From contig CBDCTZ010000016.1 in NCBI GenBank assembly GCA_965222375.1, positions 384,001 through 448,000 on the forward strand: a stretch of 64,000 bases of DNA, read 5' to 3'. Every line of letters begins with the position of its first letter. Position 1 is the stretch's first letter. Shown piece by piece: positions 20,401-29,591 of the stretch. This DNA comes from Polyangiaceae bacterium (GTDB taxonomy: Bacteria; Myxococcota_A; Polyangia; Polyangiales; Polyangiaceae). Position numbers and translations under genes: made by a program. Under the pieces are notes generated by a model. That model did not search any database. It saw nothing but the letters and a program-made list of their open reading frames with translations, and was not told the origin of the DNA.

Positions 20401-21107
20401 CCAGCGCCGTGCCGATGACCGTGTTGGATTACGCCGCCCAGAACTCCACGGCGGTGCTGATCAACCGCCCGCTCAACGCCCTCATCCCTGATGGCTTGTT
20501 TCGCCTTGCCGAGCCTGAAGAGTTCGAGTCGGGCGTTCCCATGGACGCAGCCATGGCGAAACTCGAGGCATTGGAGAAGGAGTTTCGCACCAACATCGCG
20601 CCATCGATTCAAACCGGAAAGGGTGCACCGCCGCCCCAGGCCTTGCTCGATTGGGCAAACCAGCTGACGCGACTGCCGTCGGACAAACTCACCGCCGCCC
20701 AGTGGGACGAAGTCGAAAGCCAGATCGTCACGCCGCGCACGACGCAAGTGCTCTCCGCCCTCGATCGCGGGATGCGAGGCCCCCAAGCGGACAATTGGCG
20801 CGAACTGCGCGGGCGTTACGTGGAAGCCCTCGATCGCGTGCTGCAAGCGTTCCGAGCCAAGGCCGTAGCGCAAACCGCCGAGAACAGTCGAGCTCTCACC
20901 GCCAAGCTCGACCCCACCTTGCCCAAGGAGCGCCGAGCCGCGCCGCTTTCCCAAAAGGCGCTCCACGTGCTGTCGAGCTGCCCCGGCGTCACATCGGTGC
21001 TCGTTGGAATGCGTCGCAAGCAGTGGGTCGACGACGTACTGCCCGTGCTTTCACTGGCGGACCTTCCCGAACCTGCCGCCAGCCTGAAAGCACTGCGCGA
21101 TGCCTGA
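17439..21107 (+). CDS. YyaL/SSP411-family thioredoxin-domain protein fused to an aldo/keto reductase
   Basis: [54 protein letters not shown]-terminal AKR with [21 protein letters not shown] and LLHNPEY. Start could be 17469. Confidence 0.9.
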   Translation: MTAKDAKRLPMAAKNENRLVKETSPYLLQHAHNPVDWFPWGQEALERSKREDKPILLSIGYAACHWCHVMERESFENESIAEFMNEHFVCIKVDREERPDIDEIYMAATVALSGAGGWPMTVFLTPDQKPFFAGTYFPPTDHHGRPGFPTLLQKMAELWEGERDTLLEQARELTDHVRAQARVSRPTAVSDASIGAAVQSLSSSFDSEWGGFGPAPKFPASASLQLLLRHHQRSGDARSLEMVVTTLNGMKNGGIYDHVAGGFARYSTDDRWLVPHFEKMLYDNAQLARVYLAAFQVTEDPEYRRVAEETLDYVIREMQDESGGFYSATDADSQGVEGKFFVWDLAELAIILGPKEAEIFCAYYGVSEDGNWEGHNILTTPRPMPEVAAELGLETEALRSQLAKLREQVYAARQKRVPPLLDDKILTAWNGLMIGAMAEGYRVLGDARYLASAQCAADYVLAKLVREDGGLFRTARAGRAHLDAVLEDYAYLTEALIDLYEAGGDEKYLEGAERVGARAVKDFADEESGAFFFTARGHEPLITRTREGHDGALPNAGAVMASALLRLGRQLDREPLVERAKSFAATYGREIERIPRAFSTTLALVDSLLSPPVELVFAGDGAAPALQELRAEVAKAFLPNRVVGFAASKPDSTARALLRDKGAVGGKPALYICRDFTCQAPITSPAQIASALAAHTSSLKDARTASVGVSNLDGCATAEGTSRLARRHIKAHGENAYRCLGSLDLQVSRFGFGGYRVDDRAGEHRAALRHALQSGVNLIDTSTNYTDGHSERLVGEVLWDLAREGELARDEVVVVSKIGYVQGENLSLAESRESEGKPFAEMVKVGRGMWHCLHPEWLEDQLARSRDRLGLSCVDVCLLHNPEYYLSEAASRDMPLPEARDEFYRRLTQAFVWLEGAVKRGEILAYGVSSNTSVAATEDREATDLARMIAAAEAAAGASGLGPDEHHFCVLQLPFNLLEPAAALLANTSAVPMTVLDYAAQNSTAVLINRPLNALIPDGLFRLAEPEEFESGVPMDAAMAKLEALEKEFRTNIAPSIQTGKGAPPPQALLDWANQLTRLPSDKLTAAQWDEVESQIVTPRTTQVLSALDRGMRGPQADNWRELRGRYVEALDRVLQAFRAKAVAQTAENSRALTAKLDPTLPKERRAAPLSQKALHVLSSCPGVTSVLVGMRRKQWVDDVLPVLSLADLPEPAASLKALRDA

Positions 21108-21383
21108 AGCGTCAATGCTCGGGGTGGGCACGCGTGGGCGCCCCCGCTCCGGCACCTTCCCGGGTTTGTTCGAGCACACGCTCGATGCAGGGATTGCCGG
21201 TCGGCTGCTCGCCTCTCGCAGGCTCACCACGAGATAGCGTCGAGTTTCTCCCTGGCTTTCCATGGATTTCGACGCGAGCCCGGTGGCGCCCGGTGGCCGA
21301 ACCGGCTCGGCTTCACCTACATGCACCCACCTGGATCGGCGCACCGTCTGGCTGCTCCGGTGGGTCGATGATTAAATTGGATC

Positions 21384-22826
21384 ATGCGGCGCTTAATCAA
21401 AGGTTCGCTTGGTGTTTCTGTGGCTCTGGCTCTCGGGCTGACGGGTGCTTGCGGCAGTAGCGGCGGTGGCGGTGATGGCGCGACGGCCGGCGGTGGTGGG
21501 TCGAGCGCATCGACCGGAACCGGCGCTTCCGGCGGCACCGCGAATGCAGGGGGTGGCATCAACTTCGATGGCGGTGGAGCCACTGGTAACACCGGAGGCG
21601 TGGAAGACGGCGGCGCCTGCGCCACCGAGACCGCCAAGGGCGAGCAGGTCCCCCTCGATCTCTACATCATGCTCGATAGTTCTGGTTCGATGCTCGATAA
21701 GACATCGACGGGGCCGTCCAAGTGGGATGCCGTCAAGCAAGCCATCGATGGCTTCGTGAACGCACCTGGCTCTGCCGGGCTAGGTGTTGGCCTGCAGTAC
21801 TTCCCGCTGAACAAGCAAGGCGTACCGAACAGTTGCACCACCAACGCTCAATGCGGTTCGGGCGGCCCCTGCTTGCTCAAGACCTGCGCGGGTGGCGCTC
21901 AGATCACGCCGTGCTCAAACAACGGCCAGTGCGGCTTTCTCGGGCCCTGTGTGGATATGGGTCAATGCACGCTAGACCCGAACATCTACTGCGTTCCCAT
22001 AGGCGGTACCGCGTGCGGCGGCCCCTCTTCCAATGGCAATTGCGCGCCGATCACTTCCAGCTTCTGCACCAACGCGACCGAGTGCTCCAACACGCGCTAC
22101 GCAACCCCAGCGGTGAACATCGCGACGCTGCCCGGCAACGCGGGCGCCATCACCACCAGTATGAGCGGCAAGTCCCCCTTCGGGAACACACCCACGGGCC
22201 CTGCGCTACAGGGCGCCATCGACCACTCCAAGCAGTACGCCGGGCAGAATCCGGGTCATGTCGTTGTCACGGTGCTGGCCACGGACGGGCTGCCCACGTC
22301 CTGCAACCTGACCAACATCAACCAAATCGCTCAGCTGGCTCAGGCCGGATTCACTGGCACGCCGAGTATTCCGACCTTCGTCATCGGTGTGTTTGCGCCA
22401 TCGGACACGGCCGCAGCTCAGAACCTCAACGCCATTGCTGCAGCCGGCGGTACCAATACCGCCTTCATCATCAACACCAGTGGCAACGTGACGCAGCAGT
22501 TCCTGCAAGCCCTTCAGAAGATCAAGGGCCAGGCGCTGCCGTGTGAGTTCACGATCCCGGCGCCCTCGGGTGGTCAGGCCTTGGACTACAACAAGGTCAA
22601 CGTGAACGTGACCTCCAGCGGCGGCAGCACTCCGCTGCTCTACGTCGGCGATTCTTCCAAGTGCGACCCCGTCAAGGGCGGCTGGCACTATGACGTCGAC
22701 CCGACCAAGGGCGCCCCCACGAAGATCGTGGTTTGCCCCAGCACCTGCACCAGCTTCAAGAGCCAGACGGGTGCGCAGGTCGACATCGTCTTCGGCTGCA
22801 AGACCAACATCGCACCTCCCCGCTGA
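21384..22826 (+). CDS. von Willebrand factor A domain lipoprotein with Cys-rich insertion
   Basis: Lipobox TGAC, MIDAS DSSGS, TPTGPAL, LATDGLP, C-terminal GWHYD...CPSTC...FGC. Confidence 0.85.
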   Translation: MRRLIKGSLGVSVALALGLTGACGSSGGGGDGATAGGGGSSASTGTGASGGTANAGGGINFDGGGATGNTGGVEDGGACATETAKGEQVPLDLYIMLDSSGSMLDKTSTGPSKWDAVKQAIDGFVNAPGSAGLGVGLQYFPLNKQGVPNSCTTNAQCGSGGPCLLKTCAGGAQITPCSNNGQCGFLGPCVDMGQCTLDPNIYCVPIGGTACGGPSSNGNCAPITSSFCTNATECSNTRYATPAVNIATLPGNAGAITTSMSGKSPFGNTPTGPALQGAIDHSKQYAGQNPGHVVVTVLATDGLPTSCNLTNINQIAQLAQAGFTGTPSIPTFVIGVFAPSDTAAAQNLNAIAAAGGTNTAFIINTSGNVTQQFLQALQKIKGQALPCEFTIPAPSGGQALDYNKVNVNVTSSGGSTPLLYVGDSSKCDPVKGGWHYDVDPTKGAPTKIVVCPSTCTSFKSQTGAQVDIVFGCKTNIAPPR

Positions 22827-22876
22827 TCCCGGCCGCCCTGATTAGGCTCCCCCCGTCGCTCCATTTCTTGGGGTCC

Positions 22877-23119
22877 GATCCAGAGTTGCGCCTGCAACAC
22901 TGAATAGTCACCGCTGCGGTTGACACCGTGGTTCGCTTCCTCGGCGCGGATCCAGAGTTGCGCCTGCAACACTGAATAGTCACCGCTGCGGTTGACACCG
23001 TGGTTCGCTTCCTCGGCGCGGATCCAGAGTTGCGCCTGCAACACTGAATAGTCACCGCTGCGGCGGACAGCGTGGCTCGCTTCCTCGGCGCGGATCCAGA
23101 GTTGCGCCTGCAACACTGG
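22877..23119. repeat. 72-bp tandem repeat (3.4 copies) carrying four palindromic REP-like cores
   Basis: GATCCAGAGTTGCGCCTGCAACACTG starts at 22877, 22949, 23021 and 23093. The intervening sequences are nearly identical. Confidence 0.95.
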
Positions 23120-23145
23120 CTCAGGACTGAGGTATCCTCTGGACT

Positions 23146-23961
23146 GTGCCCCGCAAGCTCCCCTCCTGGACAATCTGCGCGTTGGCGCTGGTCGGCCTCG
23201 TCGCCTGCAGGGAGCGAGAAATCCGCTACCCACCCCAAAACCCACAAACCCCCGCCGCTCAGCCCGTCGCCACGGGCACCCCGCCGCCGCCTCCCGTGGC
23301 AGCGCCGACAGCTTCCACACCAGTCCAGCCCGCGCCCCCGCCGCCGGTCGTCGAAAAACCGCAGCCGCTCCCCAAGCAGGTCTTCGAGCCCGCACGTCGC
23401 TTCGCCAAGAAGACCAAGCTTAACTTGTACGGCTACCACACCAAGCGCATCGGCAACGCCGAGGGCTTCCTCGCGCCGATCATTCAAACCAGCGACGGTG
23501 GCTTTCTCGTCGTCGGCACCCGCAGGCCGCCGGGCAAGTATCGAGTTGGTGTATCGCGCCCGGTGGTTGCCAAGCTCGACGCGAGCGGCACCAAGGTGTG
23601 GGACCGCGTGTACAAGCGTGGCGGCTTCCTCGACTACGAGGGTGCCAGCGCCGTCGAGCTCAGCGACGGCTACATCGTTTATATCCTGTCCTACGTGCAC
23701 CCCGCGCGGGGTTCCGTCGTCCGCCTGCTGCGCCTGGACCAATCCGGCAAGAAGGTCTGGGATACGAAACTGCGCGGCAACGGCCGAGCCGGCACCCCGC
23801 ACCCCCAAGACTTCCAGCTAGTGGATTCGAAGATAGTGATGGAAGGTCACATCTACAAAGACGCCACCGAAACCGCCTACGGCTGGCGAGGCAGTGTCAG
23901 CTTGGACGGCAAGGTCCTCTCCGACGAAGTCGGCGCCGCGAATCCCTACAAGAAGAAGTAG
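23146..23961 (+). CDS. Hypothetical lipoprotein
   Basis: Lipobox LVAC, Pro-rich linker and beta-rich repeats (QTSDGGFLVVG, KLDASGTKVW). TATCCT lies 7 nt before the GTG start. Confidence 0.75.
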   Translation: MPRKLPSWTICALALVGLVACREREIRYPPQNPQTPAAQPVATGTPPPPPVAAPTASTPVQPAPPPPVVEKPQPLPKQVFEPARRFAKKTKLNLYGYHTKRIGNAEGFLAPIIQTSDGGFLVVGTRRPPGKYRVGVSRPVVAKLDASGTKVWDRVYKRGGFLDYEGASAVELSDGYIVYILSYVHPARGSVVRLLRLDQSGKKVWDTKLRGNGRAGTPHPQDFQLVDSKIVMEGHIYKDATETAYGWRGSVSLDGKVLSDEVGAANPYKKK

Positions 23962-24101
23962 GCGCTGAGCCGCACCTCGGATCGGTTTGTTGGTTTGGGG
24001 TCGGTTCGCGGGTGCATGCAGGGCCACTATTCTCGCCCTGGGCCACGAAGGTGCGCTCCCCATGCTGGGGCGCGCAGCTGCTGAGGGTAAACGTGTGTCC
24101 G

Positions 24102-24833
24102 TTAGGGTTTCACGCCGACGAAGAGCTCGTAGCCTCGGTCCAGATCCGAGTGCTCGTAGACTTTGGCGTGGGGGGTGAAGCCCACTGCGGAGAGGGAGTC
24201 GAGCCAGACTTGTCTCGAGAATAGTCCGTGGGTGTGGCGATCGTGCACAGAGCGTATTTCGCCGGGCTCGTCTCGGATCAAGAACGCGTAGTCAGCGACG
24301 CAAGTCTCGTCCTCGGGATCCGGGTCCCAGCCCCACTCTAGGTAGCGCAGGCCTCGCCGCCCATCGTCAGACCCGCCACAGGTCGTCTCCGGCACGAAGC
24401 GCTCTTTCGTTTCGTCGGGCGCGAAGAGCGCGACGCCTCCGCTTCGACAGTGGATGTAGGCGGTAGCCATGGCGCGTCGAAGGTCTTGCCGCGACGCCAT
24501 GTACGAGATGGCGTCGTGGATGAACACCGCATCGAAGGTTTCTCCGAGGCGAAGGTTTCGCATATCACCGACTACATGGCGAAGCTTCGGGTTGATTAGT
24601 TTCGACTGGGCCAACATACGTTCCGACAGATCCACCAAGGTCATCTTGAAGTTGGCCTTGAGGTGAAACGCGTTGTGCCCTCCGCCGGATCCGAGCTCCA
24701 GGAGCGCGCGTGGTGGCGAAGCCGCGTACTGCCGCAGCGCGCCCCTGAAGATGGCCGCTTCCTCCTCGTACTCCTCCACCGGTGACAAGAGCGGCCACCA
24801 TTCGGCGAGCTCATCGTACATGCGTTGATTCAT
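24102..24833 (-). CDS. Class I SAM-dependent methyltransferase
   Basis: LLELGSGGG, LVDLSERML, GDMR and FDAVFIHDAI motifs. ATG at 24833 overlaps the upstream stop (ATGA). Confidence 0.9.
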   Translation of the reverse strand: MNQRMYDELAEWWPLLSPVEEYEEEAAIFRGALRQYAASPPRALLELGSGGGHNAFHLKANFKMTLVDLSERMLAQSKLINPKLRHVVGDMRNLRLGETFDAVFIHDAISYMASRQDLRRAMATAYIHCRSGGVALFAPDETKERFVPETTCGGSDDGRRGLRYLEWGWDPDPEDETCVADYAFLIRDEPGEIRSVHDRHTHGLFSRQVWLDSLSAVGFTPHAKVYEHSDLDRGYELFVGVKP

Positions 24834-25375
24834 CGCCGCGGCCTCCGCAGCCACGACGGTGGTTCTGAAGATCCGAACCAGCCCCAATCCGACAGGGTCT
24901 CGATGAAGCTCTCTCGATCGTAACGCTCGTAGTAGCGTGGGCTGAGCGCTGACACGTAGTAGCCGAGTTCCTCACCGGCTTCGGCCGCGTCATCCGGATC
25001 TTCTCGCGACACGATCAACGCACCTCGGCGACCGCCAAAGTCGGGAAGGTAGCCCGCGCAGGAGCGCGTGCGTCCCGACGGCGCGTAGAACGTGAAGGGA
25101 GATTCGAAGCGAAACCCCAAGTCCAGGGCGGCTTCACTCCACGCCCGCGCCATTCGCCCAAACAGGGACTCCAACGCGCTCGGATCCGTGATGGGCTTCT
25201 CCGAGGTGAGCCGATACGCTTCTGCTTCGATCGTCCCATCATCCATGAAGTCGACGGTCCAGATCTCGTCCGCGCCCACGGCGTGTACCCGCGTGCCATC
25301 CATCGAAGGGATCCGCTCAGAAAAATGCGTCCAGTGCGCCTCCCGCAGCCGCCGAATGAAGTCCTGCCGTTTCAT
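24830..25375 (-). CDS. Hypothetical protein
   Basis: Plausible globular composition; translationally coupled to the methyltransferase. Confidence 0.65.
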   Translation of the reverse strand: MKRQDFIRRLREAHWTHFSERIPSMDGTRVHAVGADEIWTVDFMDDGTIEAEAYRLTSEKPITDPSALESLFGRMARAWSEAALDLGFRFESPFTFYAPSGRTRSCAGYLPDFGGRRGALIVSREDPDDAAEAGEELGYYVSALSPRYYERYDRESFIETLSDWGWFGSSEPPSWLRRPRR

Positions 25376-25526
25376 TGCCGTCTGCGAGAATGGCAGAAAC
25401 TGCTGCGAGCTTCATCGCCAGAGTGCGGATTCGTGCACACTGGCGGGACAGCGACAGTCCACATCGCCCGGACGGGGACACCTCTTGGGAGGCCCGAACG
25501 GTTGTGCGGACCGCTGCTTCGGAAGT

Positions 25527-26258
25527 TCAACCCTTGCGCGCCAATTGCGCTTTGAGCTCTCGCACCTGGCGCTCTAGATCAGCCTTTGCCTCGCGTGCCT
25601 CTTGCTCCGCCTTCAAGCGTGCTTCGCGCTCGAGTTCCTCTGGGATGAGCCAGCGGGCGTGGCCCGCGGCGTCGTCGCTCAGTGTCACGGCGCCGGGCGT
25701 GACGTGCACCCAACCGCCGAGCGTCGATGACTGGTATGAGTCGCCGGCGTACACGCGGGCGAAGCTCCCACGTTCGTCCAGCTGCCAAACCTGTAGCAGG
25801 TGCGGACCGCCGAGGCGCGATGGACCATGCAGCTCCGGGTCGAGCACCAAGAGCTCGCCCACGCGGCAGTCGGCGTAGCGCTCTTGGATGTCGGCGTAGT
25901 CCTTGTAGGGGTGGGACTCGCTGACCACCTCAATGGCCAGGCGCGGTACCTCGTGCCCCGGTTTCCAAGTGCACAGGCTCGTGAGCTTCTTCGTATCCGG
26001 CGGCGCTGGCTCAATCAACGCCACATCCGGATCGAGCCCGACACGTGGATGTTTCTCCATCCAGCGCAGAGCCAGATTCCGCACGACCAGAGCGTCGCGC
26101 TGTTCGCGCTCGACCCAAGCGGTGAGCAATGCCACCAAGTACGTGACGAGCAAGTTGTGGGCGTGAGACTCGGGCACTGGTATCTCGGGCAGCACCCAAG
26201 CGTCGGCCTTTGGCCGCAGCCGATAACTAAGCTCGATCATTCGCGGCTCGCTCACCAT
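25527..26258 (-). CDS. Uma2 (DUF820) family PD-(D/E)xK endonuclease-like protein, copy 1
   Basis: PESHAH, LDPDVALI, LAIEVVSES and Y...VGELLVLDP motifs, with a C-terminal coiled-coil tail. Confidence 0.85.
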   Translation of the reverse strand: MVSEPRMIELSYRLRPKADAWVLPEIPVPESHAHNLLVTYLVALLTAWVEREQRDALVVRNLALRWMEKHPRVGLDPDVALIEPAPPDTKKLTSLCTWKPGHEVPRLAIEVVSESHPYKDYADIQERYADCRVGELLVLDPELHGPSRLGGPHLLQVWQLDERGSFARVYAGDSYQSSTLGGWVHVTPGAVTLSDDAAGHARWLIPEELEREARLKAEQEAREAKADLERQVRELKAQLARKG

Positions 26259-26299
26259 GTCAGTGTACCGCGCGCTGGGGGCGCTGCGAGTCCGGCCGT

Positions 26300-26315
26300 T
26301 GCAGAGCGCGTGCCG
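26300..26315 (-). promoter_or_regulatory. Putative sigma54 -24/-12 promoter upstream of Uma2 copy 1
   Basis: Minus strand CGGCACG-CGCT-CTGCA (GG-N10-GC), conserved at the same distance in copy 2. Confidence 0.45.
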
Positions 26316-26476
26316 ACGCTAGGCGCGCCGCGAAACCGCTCGAATTGCCTGCGGACGCGGCTGCCCCGCGTGGCGCCCGCTGGCCACGCCAATGGTGGGC
26401 GCCAGGCGCGCGCGTTGCCGTTTGAATTTTGTCCTGGTGCATCGACGCCGCGGGCGAGGAAAGGTACCGGTGACCT

Positions 26477-26986
26477 GTGACGACTCTATCCAAGCTGATC
26501 TGGCGCTCGTTGGGATTGTCGCTTCTTGTCCTCTCGCCGAGCGCATGCGGTGGCAGTGCCCTGGCCGGCGCAGCGTCTCCCGAACGCGATTCACTGGGCT
26601 CGGATCTCGAGCAAAAGGCTGCCGAGCTGGAAGCGGAGCTCGCGCGCCTCGAAGCCAAACAGGGCGAGACGGTTGCCTCGGCTGACAGTGACGACAAGTC
26701 TCAGGACACCGAGCTGCCAGGTGACAGCAATATGGAAGACGCGGCGCCCGAGCCGGAAGCTGAGTCCGCCAAGGCTCCCTCATCCGCCCCGCCACCCGAA
26801 GACCGCGAGGTATCAGCGCGCGATCGCTGCAAGACGGCGTGCCGCGCTCTCAGTTCGATGCAGCGAAGCGCGGAGCGAATCTGCACATTGGTGAGCGAGG
26901 AACACGAAAAGTGCGTCTGGGCACGCGGGCAAGTGAAGGATGCGCGCAACCGAGTTGATCAGGCCGGTTGCGACTGCGAGGACTGA
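26477..26986 (+). CDS. Hypothetical lipoprotein with C-terminal Cys-linked helical domain
   Basis: Lipobox PSAC, coiled coil, then RCKTACRAL...IC...KC...GCDC. Confidence 0.7.
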   Translation: MTTLSKLIWRSLGLSLLVLSPSACGGSALAGAASPERDSLGSDLEQKAAELEAELARLEAKQGETVASADSDDKSQDTELPGDSNMEDAAPEPEAESAKAPSSAPPPEDREVSARDRCKTACRALSSMQRSAERICTLVSEEHEKCVWARGQVKDARNRVDQAGCDCED

Positions 26987-27022
26987 GGGGCGGAAATCGA
27001 ACCTCCGCCGACGGAGCCGTGA

Positions 27023-27571
27023 CTACGCTCCGTCCGACAGCAGGCCGGCGAGTTCGAACACGTGGTCATCGGCGGTATCGAGACTGCGCAGGGCGTCGGC
27101 GAGGCGGAGCACGTATTGGCTGTTGTGTCCGCTGGGTCCTGCGGACACGCGAACCTGCTCTGCGATTTCCGTCAGCGGCGCGGGGCCTAGATAGTTTTCG
27201 TTGTCGGCAGTGGCGACGTAGACCAGGCCGCGTTGCGTCAGAACCCGCTCGTCGCGCCCGTGCAAAGGAACTTGCAGACGCGCGTAGCCGCCCTTTTCGC
27301 GGTGGTCGAGGGTCGCGAGCACGTCCTCATGATGTTCGGGGGTGATCGAATACGCCATACCCCAACACTTCGCACCGGGGTCGGGCACGAGCGTGACCAC
27401 CCGCCCAGGTGCACCGGGTACTCCCCGGTGGTCCGTCGAGCCCTGCCAGAAGCGACGCGCGTAGTCGGTCACGTAGGCGGGCTCTTTCCGCGCAAAGGGA
27501 AAGGCGGGGCGCCACACTAGGGAGCCATAACCGAACACCCACGACTCTTTCGAACCGACAGACAACACCAT
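27023..27571 (-). CDS. chaC: Glutathione-specific gamma-glutamylcyclotransferase
   Basis: WVFGYGSLVW, RRFWQGSTDHRG, PGRVVTL, LDHREKGGY and GPSGHN..Y motifs. Confidence 0.92.
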   Translation of the reverse strand: MVLSVGSKESWVFGYGSLVWRPAFPFARKEPAYVTDYARRFWQGSTDHRGVPGAPGRVVTLVPDPGAKCWGMAYSITPEHHEDVLATLDHREKGGYARLQVPLHGRDERVLTQRGLVYVATADNENYLGPAPLTEIAEQVRVSAGPSGHNSQYVLRLADALRSLDTADDHVFELAGLLSDGA

Positions 27572-27698
27572 CGAGCCTAGCCTCAGTGTCCGGCCGGCGC
27601 CCGTCCAATTGCGCTGACCAGGTTGCTACACGACAACACTGCGCGGGGCCCGTGCGTCCCTAGGAGCGCGTCGAGTCGCCGTCGGCCACACCGACGCT

Positions 27699-29468
27699 CT
27701 AGGAGCGTTTCACGCATAGCGCTTCGCCTCCGAGGTTCCAGGCGACCTGCGTTGCACCGATGGACAGCTCTTCCTGGTGATAGCGCATCCGCTTGTAGCT
27801 CAGCTGCTTGTCGATCGCGCCGGTCGGCAAGTCGACTCTCAATAGCTCGCCACCGTATCGGTCCTCCGTCCATGCGATCACCCACAGGGTGTCGCCATCT
27901 AGTGCCACCCCTTGAACGCGCCGTGCGAGTCCCAGTTTGCTCTGCTTTCCGCTTTCGCGATCGACGACGGTCACTTCGCGACCCGTCGTACACGCCAGGT
28001 GTCGCGCGTCGGCATCGAAACGTGGGTAAACGTAACTCTCGTCACCGGTGAAGCGGGCGATACGCCGAACCTTGCCCTTCGCATCCACGGTCACGATTTC
28101 CGATTGGTAGTTCGCACCCATGCTCCATGCGGGCGCGTGGGGTCGCCCCCAAATGGGCGCGGGACCCGGGATGCGCAGATCCCACGCGTGCAGCTCCTGC
28201 TCGGCCCAAGGTCGCTTCCGCCCGAGTTCGCGCACCACCGATGTCTCGCCCCGTTCGATCCACACCACGCGCTCGCTGGTGATGGCGAGGCACCGCACTT
28301 CGGGCCCGGTGGAGCACAGCGTTTCGACCGCGCCAGTTTCCAAGTCCACCTCGACAAGGTCGTGCTTGTCGAGTCGCGAAATGACGACACGCCGGCCATG
28401 GGCTGCGATGGCGCCCACAGACTTCAGATCGTTGCACAGCACGCGGCGCTCCCCGGGAGCCAGGAGCAGCAGTTCGGGGTTGTCTAGGGCGACGACCGTG
28501 CGCTGCCACTTGGGTACGTCGACAGCTACGACGAAGGCGAAGTCTCGCACGTTGTCGCTGCGTCCAATGCACGGGCCACCCGTTTTCGCCTCGAGGGGTG
28601 CAAGGCCTGCCTCGAGTCGTGCGCACGCGTCTGCATCCCCATGGCTGCGCGTCACCTTCCGCAACCGCGTCGCGAGGGTGTCGCTCACCATGCGACGTTC
28701 TTTGGGTTGCGCGTCCCAGCGCGCCAGAAAACGTGCAGCCCCGAATAGCTCGCCCTCGCTGCGCGCCGTTTCGGCTGCCTGAATGACTCGCTCGGTACCG
28801 AGCTCGAGAAGCAGTGCAGATGCCACGCCTTCGTAGCTGGGGAATCCACTCCAGGGGCCGAGACCGGCCGAGTACCATGCGAGCAGCGCGCGCGCGGAAT
28901 CGCCATCAGCCGCATCGAGGCGCGCCAGCGCTTCGTGCACATCAGGATCTCCCGGGCGCAAGAGCCGCCCGCCGCTATCGCCCTCGAGCTTGGGCAGAAA
29001 TTCGCGCAGGGGTTCCGGCGTCGCTCGGAGCCAGCGCTTGCGCGCTTTGGCAGAGCGATCCGCCGCTTGGCGATCTTCTTCAAATGCTTCTAAGGGTTCC
29101 TTCAGGCCCTGGTCCGCCAAGAACCGCAGCAAGCCCTCTCCGTCTTGGAGCAACTCATCTGACGATCGGCCATCGATGCGGATCGAGCGACCGTGATGCA
29201 GGCCCACGGTCGTCAGGGGCGCGTCGCCCTCGAAGAGCTCGATGCCCCAATCCCCCAGGCACATGCAATGGAAGGGCTCCTTGACGGGGACGACCTGCAG
29301 CCGTTCTACCAATTCGCGAGCTTTGCTACCCGAAAGCTCCAGTGCAACGCGCTTGCCCAGTGCAACGCCACGCGCCACTCCACCCTCGATGATCCGCGCC
29401 CGCGTGGCTGACGAAAACAGCGTGTCGGCCTCGCTGCTGGGTCGCTTGCGCTTCCACCACCAAATCAT
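27699..29468 (-). CDS. Hypothetical multidomain protein (N-terminal HCMC motif, helical middle, C-terminal propeller-like region)
   Basis: Long ORF with protein-like composition; FHCMCLG and WSGFPSYE motifs. Confidence 0.65.
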   Translation of the reverse strand: MIWWWKRKRPSSEADTLFSSATRARIIEGGVARGVALGKRVALELSGSKARELVERLQVVPVKEPFHCMCLGDWGIELFEGDAPLTTVGLHHGRSIRIDGRSSDELLQDGEGLLRFLADQGLKEPLEAFEEDRQAADRSAKARKRWLRATPEPLREFLPKLEGDSGGRLLRPGDPDVHEALARLDAADGDSARALLAWYSAGLGPWSGFPSYEGVASALLLELGTERVIQAAETARSEGELFGAARFLARWDAQPKERRMVSDTLATRLRKVTRSHGDADACARLEAGLAPLEAKTGGPCIGRSDNVRDFAFVVAVDVPKWQRTVVALDNPELLLLAPGERRVLCNDLKSVGAIAAHGRRVVISRLDKHDLVEVDLETGAVETLCSTGPEVRCLAITSERVVWIERGETSVVRELGRKRPWAEQELHAWDLRIPGPAPIWGRPHAPAWSMGANYQSEIVTVDAKGKVRRIARFTGDESYVYPRFDADARHLACTTGREVTVVDRESGKQSKLGLARRVQGVALDGDTLWVIAWTEDRYGGELLRVDLPTGAIDKQLSYKRMRYHQEELSIGATQVAWNLGGEALCVKRS

Positions 29469-29591
29469 CCCGAAGCCATGATGTCACGACCCGCTCAGTA
29501 CCGACACATCTGCTAGCGAAGCGCAATGCGAGAGCAGAAACCCGCGCGACCGTGGCGGCGGCGCGACTGCAGTTGCCGACTGCGCGCGCCT

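Noticed and set aside
22877..23119. CRISPR array
   Set aside because: The period is CRISPR-like, but the would-be spacers are near-identical and there is no cas gene or AT-rich leader. Treated as a tandem REP-like repeat.
22688..23395. ORFs with repeated SVLQAQLWI or QCCRRNSGS peptides
   Set aside because: Translations of the non-coding 72-bp repeat that overlap real genes on the other strand.
23990..24003. TTGGTTTGGGGTCG shared with 43767-43780 and nearly with 6041-6053, all in convergent gaps
   Set aside because: Only 13-14 nt with no extended similarity; such matches can arise by chance in 64 kb.
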